A stretch of 64,000 nt of DNA from an uncultured Desulfurococcales archaeon (GTDB lineage Archaea; Thermoproteota; Thermoprotei_A; EX4484-217-1). The stretch's first letter is position 1. Each line of letters opens with the position of its first letter. The position numbers and the translations under genes are program-made. The stretch lies in the NCBI GenBank assembly GCA_964406965.1, contig CAYOTT010000001.1, positions 65,699-129,698 on the forward strand, given 5' to 3'. Of this stretch, positions 1 through 9,532 are shown one piece after another. The notes under the pieces were generated by a model. The model worked only from the letters and a program-made list of their open reading frames with translations. It was not told the origin of the DNA and searched no databases.

Positions 1-419
1 AGAGCGATACTTATTAAATCACTTAAAGTTAAGCCTTTCTTCACAACTGTTTCCGGAGAAATACGGTAGTTTCCTGCAGGAGTGATTTCCAATTTCTCTA
101 TGGGAATAAATCTCCACCCTGAACCACCCATGTACTTAATAGCTACTAGGGCTAAGCCACCAGCTCTTTTAGAAAATTCAAGAAGCCTCTCAATTTTTGA
201 CTTTTCAACATATATGGTCTCTCGTTTCTCTCGCGTCTTCACTTCAATTACAAATATTTTCCCATTTTTCATAGCTACGAGATCAGGATAAACTACTTTT
301 TTAGCTTTAGCTCCACTTGCCGGCCCCCTGATGCATGCGAAACCTTTCTTCCAAAATAACCTAGCTAAATCTCTTTCTCGAGAGAACCCTAGCCTTCTTC
401 TACGTGATTTCTCCGTCAT
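1..419 (-). CDS. hjc: Holliday junction resolvase Hjc. C-terminus is cut by the window edge, so no stop is visible; for that reason it is absent from the ORF track.
   Basis: Minus-strand translation from the ATG at 419..417 reads MTEKSRRRRLGFSRERDLARLFWKKGFACIRGPASGAKAKKVVYPDLVAMKNGKIFVIEVKTREKRETIYVEKSKIERLLEFSKRAGGLALVAIKYMGG... This has the archaeal Hjc signature (RAPASG..., D..A..NG...IEVK, nuclease fold). About 139 aa are visible. Confidence 0.8.
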   Translation of the reverse strand, partial: MTEKSRRRRLGFSRERDLARLFWKKGFACIRGPASGAKAKKVVYPDLVAMKNGKIFVIEVKTREKRETIYVEKSKIERLLEFSKRAGGLALVAIKYMGGSGWRFIPIEKLEITPAGNYRISPETVVKKGLTLSDLISIA

Positions 420-503
420 TTAAACACACACCTATTGGTATTTCCAAGTAGAATATTATATCCTCGTTAAATATTTAGTTCACCTAGAATAGTAGGGGAA
501 AGA

Positions 504-1709
504 GTGATGATAAGGATCATAGTTAGAGCTAAGAGGGATGCTGATGCTATTAAAGCAATGTTGAATCTCTTCTATCCAAATTGGAATGTAGTTGTTAAAA
601 CATTGAAGGGAGCTAGAGGAAGTGTAGGAATAAATAAGTTAAGAGAGATAATTGATGAAGGAAATTACAATATTGTACTTGTAGGTAAACAAGATAGTAA
701 TTTCTTAAAATTAAACGAAATTTTAGGGCCAAATACTGTAATTCATCTTGTACCTAGAGAGAAAATTAGAAACACTAGACTAAGCCAACTAGCTTATGAG
801 TTTGAAAAGGCAAAGGCAAGGTTTAGATTAGAAACTTCATGGAATAATGGAGGATACATATTCGGAATAACTCCCCAGGGTTTTAAGCTTCCTATAGAAA
901 TAAACCCTGCTTACGACGTTTTTCTTGAAACTAAGGATGTTGTGAAAAAATATTTAGACATAGAAACCAATGCATGTGAGCTTTTTGTTTTTGTTAGGAA
1001 ACTTGGTGGCGAGCATGATGTCTTCTGCGGTTTTAAACATGTAGCCAAGATAAAGATACCTAATAGAGGTAGGATTCAGATAATAGAAAAGCACATATTA
1101 TCTAGAGAATGTACGGTAAGTTTAAAGAAGACATTAAGTGAAAATGTGAGGATCTTAGAAGAATTAGAGAAGATAAGTGTCAAATACCTAATGAAGCTTA
1201 GGAATAAGTTTGACATATTCTTCGTTCCTTGGAGTGGGGGTAAGGACAGTACTGCTACACTTATTTTAGCTATTAAAGCTTTAGGTAAGAAGAGAGTTAA
1301 GGCAGTATACGTTGATACAGGAGTAGACTTCCCAGTGAATAGGGAATATGTTGAGAAAATTGCTAAAAAACTTGGTGTTAACCTCATAATTGAAGAAGCA
1401 GGGGTAGATAAGGAACTTGCGTGCGGGAAACCTTTTCCTACAAACGATAATAGATGGTGTACTAAACTCAAAATAACTGCTCTTTATAGGGCCATAAGCA
1501 AGAATTTTGATAGTAAAGAAGAAATAGCTGCAATTGTTGGTGATAGGGATGGTGAATCAGAGTTACGGTCCAAAAGGCCGCCCCTTAGAACCCATGAAGG
1601 CTTCACCCAGATAGCACCCATTAAGCTATGGAGTGCAGCACATACACAACTTTACCTATTATGGAACAATATTCCACTTAATCCACTCTATGAACTAGGC
1701 CTTTTATAG
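504..1709 (+). CDS. PP-loop ATP pyrophosphatase domain protein of the PAPS reductase/CysD-like family, with an N-terminal domain of unknown function.
   Basis: The C-terminal half contains SGGKDS (PP-loop), DTGVDFP, RWCTK and GDRDGESELR (the G.R..ES..R motif of the PAPS-reductase family). GTG start. Confidence 0.6.
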   Translation: MMIRIIVRAKRDADAIKAMLNLFYPNWNVVVKTLKGARGSVGINKLREIIDEGNYNIVLVGKQDSNFLKLNEILGPNTVIHLVPREKIRNTRLSQLAYEFEKAKARFRLETSWNNGGYIFGITPQGFKLPIEINPAYDVFLETKDVVKKYLDIETNACELFVFVRKLGGEHDVFCGFKHVAKIKIPNRGRIQIIEKHILSRECTVSLKKTLSENVRILEELEKISVKYLMKLRNKFDIFFVPWSGGKDSTATLILAIKALGKKRVKAVYVDTGVDFPVNREYVEKIAKKLGVNLIIEEAGVDKELACGKPFPTNDNRWCTKLKITALYRAISKNFDSKEEIAAIVGDRDGESELRSKRPPLRTHEGFTQIAPIKLWSAAHTQLYLLWNNIPLNPLYELGLL

Positions 1710-1874
1710 GATAGGGTGTTACATTTGCCCAGCCCTTAGAAGTTGGGAGATAATGATTATGCAAGCAAGTCCTCTAAGTGAAATTCTAAAGAACGAACTT
1801 TTCTACAAAGAGTTTATTACTCGCTTTCGGGAAATTGGGAATAATAGAGAATAGTTAGAGTAGGTGTTTAGTAG

Positions 1875-2651
1875 TTGCAGCTCATAGACTTTCTAATATA
1901 CTTTGGTATACCTTTACTAATAATCTTAATAATACTTTCAAAAAGCATTAAGATAGTTAAGGAGTATGAAAGAGCCGTTATATTCAGACTTGGTAGGCTC
2001 TTAGGTGCTAAAGGTCCCGGACTCTTCTTCATAATACCTTGGGTTGATAGTGTAAGAATAGTTGATCTAAGAGTTGTTTCAGTAGACGTTCCAGAGCAAA
2101 GAATAATAACAAAAGATAATGTAACCGTAGGAGTCGATGCTGTAGTTTACTATAAGGTTTTTGATCCCATAAAAGCTGTTGTTGCTGTAGAAAACTATTC
2201 ATATGCTGTTCTTCTCTTGGCACAGACAACTTTAAGAGATGTTTTAGGCCAAGTTGAACTAGACGATTTACTTACTAGAAGAGAAGAGTTGAACAAAAGG
2301 TTAACCAGCATATTAGATGTAGCAACAGATCCTTGGGGAATAAAGGTGACAGCGGTTACTATGAAGGAAGTTAAGCTACCGGAAACAATGCTTAGAGCTA
2401 TGGCGAAGCAAGCTGAAGCTGAGAGGTGGAGAAGAGCAAGAGTAATAGAGGCTGAAGGTGAGAGGCAAGCAGCAAAGATTATGGCTGAAGCTGCAGGTTT
2501 TTACGAGAAACATCCTGCAGCACTTAGGTTAAGAGAACTGCAGACAATGGTTGAAATAGCTAGAGAGAAGAACTTAGTAGTTATATCGGAAGCTGGTAGG
2601 GGAATAGGGGAAGTAGTAGGGTTAATTAAAGGCGTTAAGGAGGGGAAGTAG
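1875..2651 (+). CDS. SPFH/band-7 (stomatin/prohibitin-like) membrane protein.
   Basis: N-terminal TM segment; stomatin-like core (RAVIFRLGRL..., ITKDNVTV, DAVVYYKV); Ala/Glu-rich coiled-coil tail. Directly followed by an NfeD-like gene. Confidence 0.85.
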   Translation: MQLIDFLIYFGIPLLIILIILSKSIKIVKEYERAVIFRLGRLLGAKGPGLFFIIPWVDSVRIVDLRVVSVDVPEQRIITKDNVTVGVDAVVYYKVFDPIKAVVAVENYSYAVLLLAQTTLRDVLGQVELDDLLTRREELNKRLTSILDVATDPWGIKVTAVTMKEVKLPETMLRAMAKQAEAERWRRARVIEAEGERQAAKIMAEAAGFYEKHPAALRLRELQTMVEIAREKNLVVISEAGRGIGEVVGLIKGVKEGK

Positions 2652-2658
2652 TACAGCA

Positions 2659-3978
2659 ATGAAAAAAGTCTTCGTTAAAAAAATAATAATTTTTCTCTTA
2701 GTAGTAACACTTACTTTATCATATGTTACTAAAGCTGAAACAACTGTAGGTCCTAAAGTTTACATGTTCAAATTTGACGGTAAAATAATAAACCAAGGTC
2801 TTGCTGCAGCCCTTATTAATGCATTAAATAAAGCAGAAGCAGAAAACGCAATACTACTCCTCATAATAGATACTCCAGGAGGAGAACTTGACGCTACAGA
2901 ACAAATAGTAAAAGCCATTTTAAACTCTAAAGTTCCAGTTGTAGGCTACGTTTATCCTAGAGGCGCTACCGCATGGAGTGCTGGAACAATAATCTTACTT
3001 TCATGCCACATTGCAGCTATGGCGCCCGGTACAGCCATAGGAGCAGCACAACCAGTAATGTATGGTCCTGAAGGATTTCAGCCTATAAATTATAGTAAAA
3101 TAATAAATCCTGTTGCAGAACTAGTGCAGACTGTTAGTAAGGAGAGAGAAAGAAATGAAACAGCAGCTTACGAATTTGTGACTAAGAATTTAACGTTAAA
3201 CTACGAAGAAGCGTTGAAGAACAATGTAATAGACCTCATTGCTGACAATATTTATGACTTACTTTACAAAATAAATGGTATGGTTGTAAAGACCCCTTAT
3301 GGTAACGTCGTAATAAGTACTAAGGGTTATTCTCTTGAAGAATACGGGTGGAGTATAGGTGAAATTCTTTCTAATACTTTAGCTGATCCATTGCTTGCAA
3401 ACATACTTTTAATGCTAGGCTTTTACATATTACTAATAAGCTTATTTACTGGGCATTACCCCTTAATAGCCATAGGGTTATTGTTGTTCATACTAGGGCT
3501 TTTTGGCATGGGCTTCACAATAAACACCATTTCATCAGTACTAATAATTGCTGGCGTAATATTATTGGTAATAGAGCTTGTAACACCAGGTTTTGGAATA
3601 TTGGGAACAACAGGCGTTGTAATGATAGCGTTAGGATTCATTCTCCTCCCAATATACCTACCTGAGTCATGGTACATTACTCCTGAATTTTACTTTAGAT
3701 TCCTTATAGCAGGGCTCATAATAGGCTTTCTTGCTTCAGGATTTTTCGCATTCATAATATACAAAGTTGTTAAAGCTAGAAGAGCGAAACCTATGATATG
3801 GTCTATCGTAGGGGTTAAAGGTAAAGCACTTGACGATATTTCGCCAGATAAGGAAGGATTCGTTTTAGTTGAAGGAGAATATTGGATGGCTGTATCGGAT
3901 GAAGAAATAAAAGCTGGTGACGAAATAGTTGTTGTTGAAAAAATAGGGCCTCGGCTTAAAGTTAAAAAAGCTAAGTAA
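2659..3978 (+). CDS. NfeD-like membrane-bound protease (stomatin operon partner): ClpP-class serine protease domain, TM region and C-terminal OB domain.
   Basis: 8 bp downstream of the SPFH gene. N-terminal signal/TM, a ClpP-like region (TPGGELDAT, GYVYPRGATAWSAGT), multiple TM helices in the middle, and a C-terminal beta-rich domain. Confidence 0.75.
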   Translation: MKKVFVKKIIIFLLVVTLTLSYVTKAETTVGPKVYMFKFDGKIINQGLAAALINALNKAEAENAILLLIIDTPGGELDATEQIVKAILNSKVPVVGYVYPRGATAWSAGTIILLSCHIAAMAPGTAIGAAQPVMYGPEGFQPINYSKIINPVAELVQTVSKERERNETAAYEFVTKNLTLNYEEALKNNVIDLIADNIYDLLYKINGMVVKTPYGNVVISTKGYSLEEYGWSIGEILSNTLADPLLANILLMLGFYILLISLFTGHYPLIAIGLLLFILGLFGMGFTINTISSVLIIAGVILLVIELVTPGFGILGTTGVVMIALGFILLPIYLPESWYITPEFYFRFLIAGLIIGFLASGFFAFIIYKVVKARRAKPMIWSIVGVKGKALDDISPDKEGFVLVEGEYWMAVSDEEIKAGDEIVVVEKIGPRLKVKKAK

Positions 3979-3991
3979 TGAAACCTTACTA

Positions 3992-4549
3992 TTATGGCAT
4001 TAAATTGTAGAGTTCCTCCTTTCTCTTAAGATTTTTTCCATAAAGTTCATAACTAATTAGCTTAATTTCATTTAAATTTTTAAAGAAACCTATAATCATT
4101 GACGGTCTCATTGAAGCGTATCCTCCACTCCACACTCCTGTAACGGATCCCGGATTCGCTAAGAGCACTCTGTTTACCTTAATTATTCTTAAGTAATGTG
4201 TATGGCCATTTATTAAAATGTTTACTTTAAGATTCTTAGCTACGTTCAATAATCCTTCAACGTCTCCTCTAGGATATACTTGATCGCCATGTATTAAACC
4301 TACACGTACATCGTTAATTTCTTCAATAACATACTCTGGTAAGCTTAAGTAATCCATGTTGCCTCGTACAAAAAACGACTTACGAGCGAGGTTCTTAAAA
4401 AACTCTAAAACCCTTTCTGAAACAAGATCGCCCGTAAAGAATAGGTAATCGTAAGGTGAATTGCTCTCTATGATTTCAAGCATGACTCTAGGTATGTTTT
4501 TAGCTCTCGTAGGAATATGTGTATCACCTGTTATAAGCACTTTATACAT
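3992..4549 (-). CDS. Metallophosphoesterase of the MJ0936/YfcE/Vps29 family.
   Basis: Calcineurin-like motifs GDTH, GDLV, GNMD and GHTH in the expected order. Confidence 0.75.
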   Translation of the reverse strand: MYKVLITGDTHIPTRAKNIPRVMLEIIESNSPYDYLFFTGDLVSERVLEFFKNLARKSFFVRGNMDYLSLPEYVIEEINDVRVGLIHGDQVYPRGDVEGLLNVAKNLKVNILINGHTHYLRIIKVNRVLLANPGSVTGVWSGGYASMRPSMIIGFFKNLNEIKLISYELYGKNLKRKEELYNLMP

Positions 4550-4610
4550 TAATGTTTAGCCTCCTTAAAGAAATTTAAAATTCTATCTTAAAAATTTATA
4601 ACACACTATT

Positions 4611-5030
4611 TCAATCGTCTGCAGAGGGTTTTTGAGATAAAATTATGGGGCTTGACCTATCAGTGTAGTTTACGCTAAAGTTCTTAGGTTTCAATTGCGA
4701 AACTATATATCTAAATGCTTTCCAAGGATCTGTATGTGCACCACATGTATAAACATCTACTGTTGCAAATTTATACTTAGGCCAAGTATGAATTGCTATG
4801 TGGCTTTCAAGAACTAAGCCTATAACACTTACACCTCCCTTGCTTCCACCAAACTTCCACACCTTTAATTCGTAAAGTATGGCGTTTGCTAACTCAGCTG
4901 CTTTTTTAACTATTTCGCTTAATTTTTTCTCATCCGATATGACACTTACATTGCACTCGTAAAGATTCGCATATATGTGTTTACCTACTACTCTATCTTC
5001 CTCAGCAATTTGTTCAGCATATTTTTGCAT
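4611..5030 (-). CDS. speH: Pyruvoyl-dependent S-adenosylmethionine decarboxylase proenzyme family (SpeH-type), paralog 1.
   Basis: GKHIYANLYEC..., FGGSKGGVSV, and [24 protein letters not shown], which carries the E-S self-cleavage site. Confidence 0.8.
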   Translation of the reverse strand: MQKYAEQIAEEDRVVGKHIYANLYECNVSVISDEKKLSEIVKKAAELANAILYELKVWKFGGSKGGVSVIGLVLESHIAIHTWPKYKFATVDVYTCGAHTDPWKAFRYIVSQLKPKNFSVNYTDRSSPIILSQKPSADD

Positions 5031-5143
5031 AGTCTAAATCCTCTTACGTCTTTGTAAGAGTGTTATTGAAGGGGTTTTTAAACATTTAGTACTTGAAAGC
5101 CTTTCAAATAATAAAGAATACGAAATAATTAAGACTTTAAACC

Positions 5144-5965
5144 GTGGTGCTATGTAATATAGCGGGTGCAATTAAAATGTTTACAGCTGAGATAATTAGT
5201 ATAGGTAACGAATTATTGATAGGAAAAACTGTAAATACTAATGCAACATGGTTAGCTAGAAAACTTACACTCTTGGGATTTAGTGTCAGAAGAATAACAA
5301 CAGTGCCTGATGAAATAAGTGAAATAGTTTCAGCAATAAGAGAAGCCATAAGCAGGGGAACTAAAATTATAGTAACAACAGGAGGTCTCGGACCAACATT
5401 CGATGATAAAACAAGCGAAGCCCTCGCAAAGGCTCTTAATAGAAAATGGGTTATAAATAATGAAGCTTTAGAACTGGTCCGTAAAAAATACTCTAGCATG
5501 GGTTTCGAAATAACTGAGCATCGTTTAAAAATGGCTAAAATGCCGGAAAAAGCTAAGCCTATACCAAATCCCATAGGTTCAGCCCCCGGAATACTTGTTG
5601 AAGAAAATAACTCGCTAATTATAGCTCTACCTGGAGTTCCTAAGGAAATGAAAGCTATTTTTGAAGAATACGTTGAATCAATCCTAAAGAAGAAAGGGCC
5701 AAACATAGTTTTCTACGAAGACACCTTGGTACTCAAAGGGATGCCTGAATCCAGTTTAGCACCATTCCTTGAACAAGCCATGAAGAGAACGGTTAAAACA
5801 TATATAAAAAGTCATCCTAAAGGTTCTGAGAGTAAAGAGCCAGTAATAGAGATACACATCACTTCGTCGGGTAAATCGCTTGAAGAAGCAAGGAAGCTAG
5901 TAAATGAGGCAAAGGAAATTATTAAATCTCTTATTAAGGGTAAAGTCGATATTATAGAACACTAA
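5144..5965 (+). CDS. CinA-like / molybdopterin-binding (MoCF_biosynth) domain protein.
   Basis: TTGGLGPTFDDKT and the PGVPKEM motif typical of the CinA N-terminal domain. Confidence 0.7.
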   Translation: MVLCNIAGAIKMFTAEIISIGNELLIGKTVNTNATWLARKLTLLGFSVRRITTVPDEISEIVSAIREAISRGTKIIVTTGGLGPTFDDKTSEALAKALNRKWVINNEALELVRKKYSSMGFEITEHRLKMAKMPEKAKPIPNPIGSAPGILVEENNSLIIALPGVPKEMKAIFEEYVESILKKKGPNIVFYEDTLVLKGMPESSLAPFLEQAMKRTVKTYIKSHPKGSESKEPVIEIHITSSGKSLEEARKLVNEAKEIIKSLIKGKVDIIEH

Positions 5966-6017
5966 AATATATGTTTCTGGAGATCCCTAAGAGAGTAATG
6001 GTTTAAACAGGGGTAAT

Positions 6018-7094
6018 ATGGATATGGCATTGAAAACAGTAAGTGAAATGTTAACAGTAAAGAAAGGAGTTGTTAATGGTGAAGTAACCTTAATCTCAGC
6101 TGGACCTTTAAAACTAGGAATTTCATATGGTAACAGAAGCGGAAGCCTTCCATTTCAGTTACCTATTCCGGCAGACGCTAAAGTAAAGGAGTTAACTCTT
6201 GAAATAGCCGTTACGCATAGAAGCGAACCTTACAATGTTAAGTGGAGATTATGGTTTAATGGCTTCCCTCTCACAAGAGAGTTTAAGCCCCAAATAACCG
6301 TTGAAGCGAAGGAGAAATTTTTCAGTAAAGTTCTTTTTGACGTAACTCCAGTTCTACATGCAAAGGGCTTTAAGGAGGAAGCAATGCTTACAGTAAAATA
6401 TGATGGCAATGAAAACTTAATTATAGACCATGCAAACCTCATTGTAACCTATGAAACACCTGAGGCAAAATCTTCTTACATTTACTGTTCTGGAGCATTC
6501 CTTATACCTCCAAATACCTCAGCATCATATAGTTTCGATATTTCCGGGGTCGCAGAAGGCTTCGGTGAATTAAGGGGAATCATTATACTTCCCTCTAAAC
6601 TTTCTAAAGCCGAACTTTTCCTCAACGACAAAAGCATTTATAATGCCATAAACATTACTGGTGCTGAAGAATTTTACATAGAGAATGTTGATTTGAAAGA
6701 GAAAAACACCATAAAATTAGTGCATGAAGCACAAGAAAAAGTTCATCTTAAAGACTACGTTAACCTGTCAACAATGTTAGCCTCAATAACTTATATGCTA
6801 AAGCCTAAACTAGACATAGTTAAAGCGCAACTAGTTGCAGTAGATAATAAGGAGAAAGTTGTAGCGAAAATAAGGAATAATGGATACTCTAAGCCAGATA
6901 AGGCTTGGTTATTGATTATAGACACAGGAGTAGTTGTTTCAAGACAAAAACTTCCCCCGCTAAATCCAGGGGAGGAAATAGAACTCGAAATACCATGTAA
7001 AAAGCAGACGTTAACAAAACATGGTATAGTGTTTATTAGAGCCGTATGGACTAAACTCAGTAGAACATTTACTAGTGAAGTAAGAATAAGGTGA
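6018..7094 (+). CDS. Hypothetical protein.
   Basis: Long uninterrupted ORF in a gene-dense region. No motif recognised. Confidence 0.4.
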   Translation: MDMALKTVSEMLTVKKGVVNGEVTLISAGPLKLGISYGNRSGSLPFQLPIPADAKVKELTLEIAVTHRSEPYNVKWRLWFNGFPLTREFKPQITVEAKEKFFSKVLFDVTPVLHAKGFKEEAMLTVKYDGNENLIIDHANLIVTYETPEAKSSYIYCSGAFLIPPNTSASYSFDISGVAEGFGELRGIIILPSKLSKAELFLNDKSIYNAINITGAEEFYIENVDLKEKNTIKLVHEAQEKVHLKDYVNLSTMLASITYMLKPKLDIVKAQLVAVDNKEKVVAKIRNNGYSKPDKAWLLIIDTGVVVSRQKLPPLNPGEEIELEIPCKKQTLTKHGIVFIRAVWTKLSRTFTSEVRIR

Positions 7095-7757
7095 TTAAGT
7101 AGTTTTTGACGGGCAAAAAGTATTTGCTGGACATTCACTACATAAAGGCTTTCTTGCTTTGCATATTTTTCTACCGAAGCTTATTAATTGAAAATGTGCT
7201 TTAAGTCTATATTTTGCAGGTATATTCTTCTCCAAGCATTCTTTAATTTCTTCATAATTGCTTGAACTAACTAAGCCTATTCTTTTAGCTATTCTTCTAA
7301 TGTGCGTATCTACAGGAATTATAGGTTCATTAAATGAAAAAGCAAGTACCACATCGACTGTTTTAGGACCTATGCCTGGTATTTTGATGAGCATCTCTCT
7401 TAACTTCTCACTGTCTAGTGTTTCATGTAGGCGTTGTTCAAGGAATACTTTAGCTACATTCTTTATGACCTTACTTTTCGCTCTATAAAGCCCTGCAGGT
7501 TTAAGCATGCTCCTTAACGCTTCTTCAGAAGTACTTAATATTTTCTCAGGACTTATTCCTCCAAAAGCTTTCTTTAGATTAATGTAAGCTTTCCAAGTAT
7601 TTTTCCAATTAGTATTTTGGGAGATTATAGTTATTATAAGCTGTTCGAAAACATTTCTGCTTTTCACTTCACCAAGTATCTTATTAACTTCATTACCGAA
7701 ATGCTTTTCACAAAATGTTAAAATAGAAGCCAAAGCGAGAAGGGATTTATTCTGCAC
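7095..7757 (-). CDS. nth: Endonuclease III (HhH-GPD DNA glycosylase/AP lyase with a 4Fe-4S cluster).
   Basis: HhH motif IPGIGPKTVDVVL followed by a conserved Asp; C-terminal C-x6-C-x2-C-x5-C cluster (CKARKPLCSECPANTFC). Confidence 0.85.
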   Translation of the reverse strand: MQNKSLLALASILTFCEKHFGNEVNKILGEVKSRNVFEQLIITIISQNTNWKNTWKAYINLKKAFGGISPEKILSTSEEALRSMLKPAGLYRAKSKVIKNVAKVFLEQRLHETLDSEKLREMLIKIPGIGPKTVDVVLAFSFNEPIIPVDTHIRRIAKRIGLVSSSNYEEIKECLEKNIPAKYRLKAHFQLISFGRKICKARKPLCSECPANTFCPSKTT

Positions 7758-7829
7758 GTATGTTTCCTCCTCTTAGGGATAAAATATTAAAATGTAATTT
7801 TAAAAGCTTCTTTTAGAGGAAGGTGATAA

Positions 7830-8552
7830 GCCTTTACAATATCTTCGAAAGCCAAGTGGAGAAGCAGTGAAAGAATAGCTCTTTCGACTCTTGAAAGTTT
7901 AGGGTATAGAATAGTCGATATTCATAGGAAAGTTACTTTAAAAGGTATAGACGTTGCTGAAGTAGATGCTATAGCTGAAGATCCTAACGGAATTAAATAT
8001 GCCGTAGAAATAAAAGCTGGTAGACTTGATGTTTCAGGTGTAAGGCAAGCATATATTAATGCGAAACTTTTAGGTTTAAAACCTCTTGTAATATGTAAGG
8101 GCTTTGTTGATGAAGCTGCAAAGGCTACTGCTGAAGAATTAGGCGTAAAGGTAATCGAATTAAGTGATCAATTCCTTGTAGATTCCGAGGAATTAGAGAT
8201 TATTGTAAGGGAATCTGTGGAGACAATTATTGACGATTATCTAGCTTCCTTACTAACACCTCCACCTATTCTCGAAGATAGCGATGTAAAAGTTTTAAAA
8301 GCTATAGCTGAAAACCCAACATTAGCCGATGCTGCTGAAAGTTTAAACCTTGACCTTACACAATTTCTGGAAAAAATAAATGTACTTAAGAGAAAAAATA
8401 TTCTTCCAAAAACTAGAAATTATAGAGCTTTAAGGAGAAGAGCCAAAATACTACTTTACAAACTCTTATTTGAAAAAAGAACTAGTGAAGTCCTAAATAA
8501 GCTCGAAGAGGCAATAAATGAAATAAGATCTTTACGTAATTTAGAAAAGTAG
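7830..8552 (+). CDS. PD-(D/E)xK nuclease-like domain fused to a C-terminal winged-HTH. The reading frame is open from 7830, but the first in-frame canonical start is the GTG at 8217. Possible frameshift or pseudogene.
   Basis: In-frame translation upstream of the tracked ORF 8217..8552 reads ...RIVDIHRKVTLKGIDVAEVDAIAEDPNGIKYAVEIKAGRLDVSGVRQAY... (D...EVD...E.K nuclease motif). There is no ATG/GTG/TTG in frame between 7830 and 8217. A GTG at 7823 sits in another frame and terminates at 7868..7870. Confidence 0.45.
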   Translation, partial: AFTISSKAKWRSSERIALSTLESLGYRIVDIHRKVTLKGIDVAEVDAIAEDPNGIKYAVEIKAGRLDVSGVRQAYINAKLLGLKPLVICKGFVDEAAKATAEELGVKVIELSDQFLVDSEELEIIVRESVETIIDDYLASLLTPPPILEDSDVKVLKAIAENPTLADAAESLNLDLTQFLEKINVLKRKNILPKTRNYRALRRRAKILLYKLLFEKRTSEVLNKLEEAINEIRSLRNLEK

Positions 8553-8559
8553 TGTTACA

Positions 8560-9438
8560 ATGTTCCTAGAAGTTTACGAGTTTCATTATAAACAAGTCCC
8601 CCTACTGGCGGGAGCAGCACTCAAGAAGCTAAGTCATGTAAGTAGCTTTGAAACCTACATATCATTAGATCTAGGTCTTTCTCTTTCACGAGTAACTATA
8701 GATGAAACCTGCATTATTTTAGAAGACTACGGGATAAAGCTTCCACTAAGTAAAATATTAGAAAGTAAGGTGAAAGAAAACTCAGTATATGCAATAATAA
8801 ATGAAAACATACAAGAGCTATCGCTAATAACAAAAAACAAATACTATAAGCTTAAGGCACCTTACCTCAATAAAGCACCAACATTGGAAATTAGCGGAAT
8901 ACATATGCATAGAATTAAAGGTATCGACCCTTGGAAGGACTCGTTACTAAAGGTCAAAAAAGCGCGCATTAAAAAAGGAAGCATTGTTTTAGATACATGC
9001 ACTGGTTTGGGATATACAGCTATAGGTGCTTTAAGGTTTGGAGCAAAACATGTTTTTACCGTTGAAAATGATGAAAATGTGTTAGCGCTTAGCCAATATA
9101 ATCCTTGGTCTAAGTTTCTTGAAGACAATAGAATAACCGTACTTTTAGGTGACGTTTTTGAAGTAATTGATTTCTTCCAGGACGGAGTATTTGATAGAAT
9201 AATTCATGACCCCCCAAGATTTTCGCTTGCAGGCCACCTCTACAGTAGAGAATTCTATAGGAAGCTTTACCAGAAACTCAAACCAGGTGGAATACTTTTT
9301 CACTACATAGGTTCACCAGGTCAGAGACGTAGGGTAAATATGGTAAAAGGTGTTATGAATAGACTTAGAGAAGTAGGTTTCTACGTAAAAACAGAACCTA
9401 AAGCCCAAGGGGTTATTGCTTTTAAGCCAAGAATTTAA
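8560..9438 (+). CDS. SAM-dependent methyltransferase with a DPP(R/F) motif (RsmD/N6-N4 amino-methyltransferase-like).
   Basis: Motif I VLDTCTGLGYTA; motif IV DPPRF; order I then IV. Confidence 0.65.
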   Translation: MFLEVYEFHYKQVPLLAGAALKKLSHVSSFETYISLDLGLSLSRVTIDETCIILEDYGIKLPLSKILESKVKENSVYAIINENIQELSLITKNKYYKLKAPYLNKAPTLEISGIHMHRIKGIDPWKDSLLKVKKARIKKGSIVLDTCTGLGYTAIGALRFGAKHVFTVENDENVLALSQYNPWSKFLEDNRITVLLGDVFEVIDFFQDGVFDRIIHDPPRFSLAGHLYSREFYRKLYQKLKPGGILFHYIGSPGQRRRVNMVKGVMNRLREVGFYVKTEPKAQGVIAFKPRI

Positions 9439-9532
9439 GCAATTGTTAGCAATGACTTCTTTAATCTTATAGCTTAAATATTCTCAGCCTTTTTAAAGCA
9501 ATAATCAGTGGTTAATTTACTGGTGAAAAATT

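Noticed and set aside
82-291. ORF-track CDS 82..291 (+)
   Set aside because: It lies antisense inside the clearly recognisable hjc gene (minus strand) and is a shadow ORF.
504-560. GTGATGA at the start of ORF 504 with a CTGA about 40 nt downstream, as a C/D box sRNA
   Set aside because: The string is the GTG-ATG start region of a real CDS. No C'/D' pair is present, and the spacing to the CTGA is wrong.
1076-1471. Antisense ORFs embedded in well-supported genes (for example 1076..1471, 2029..2229, 3456..3677, 5137..5706, 6230..6442, 6791..7138, 7258..7488, 8862..9128, 11729..12082, 31018..31266, 37925..38194, 42581..42796, 43124..43501, 61912..62170 and similar)
   Set aside because: All overlap, on the opposite strand, genes with strong motif support. 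Their low-complexity Ser/Leu-rich translations are typical shadow ORFs in AT-rich DNA.
1754-1855. 33-aa ORF (MIMQASPLSEILKNELFYKEFITRFREIGNNRE) in the 1710-1874 gap
   Set aside because: No motif, no evidence beyond an ATG and an open frame; it could equally be promoter sequence for the stomatin operon.
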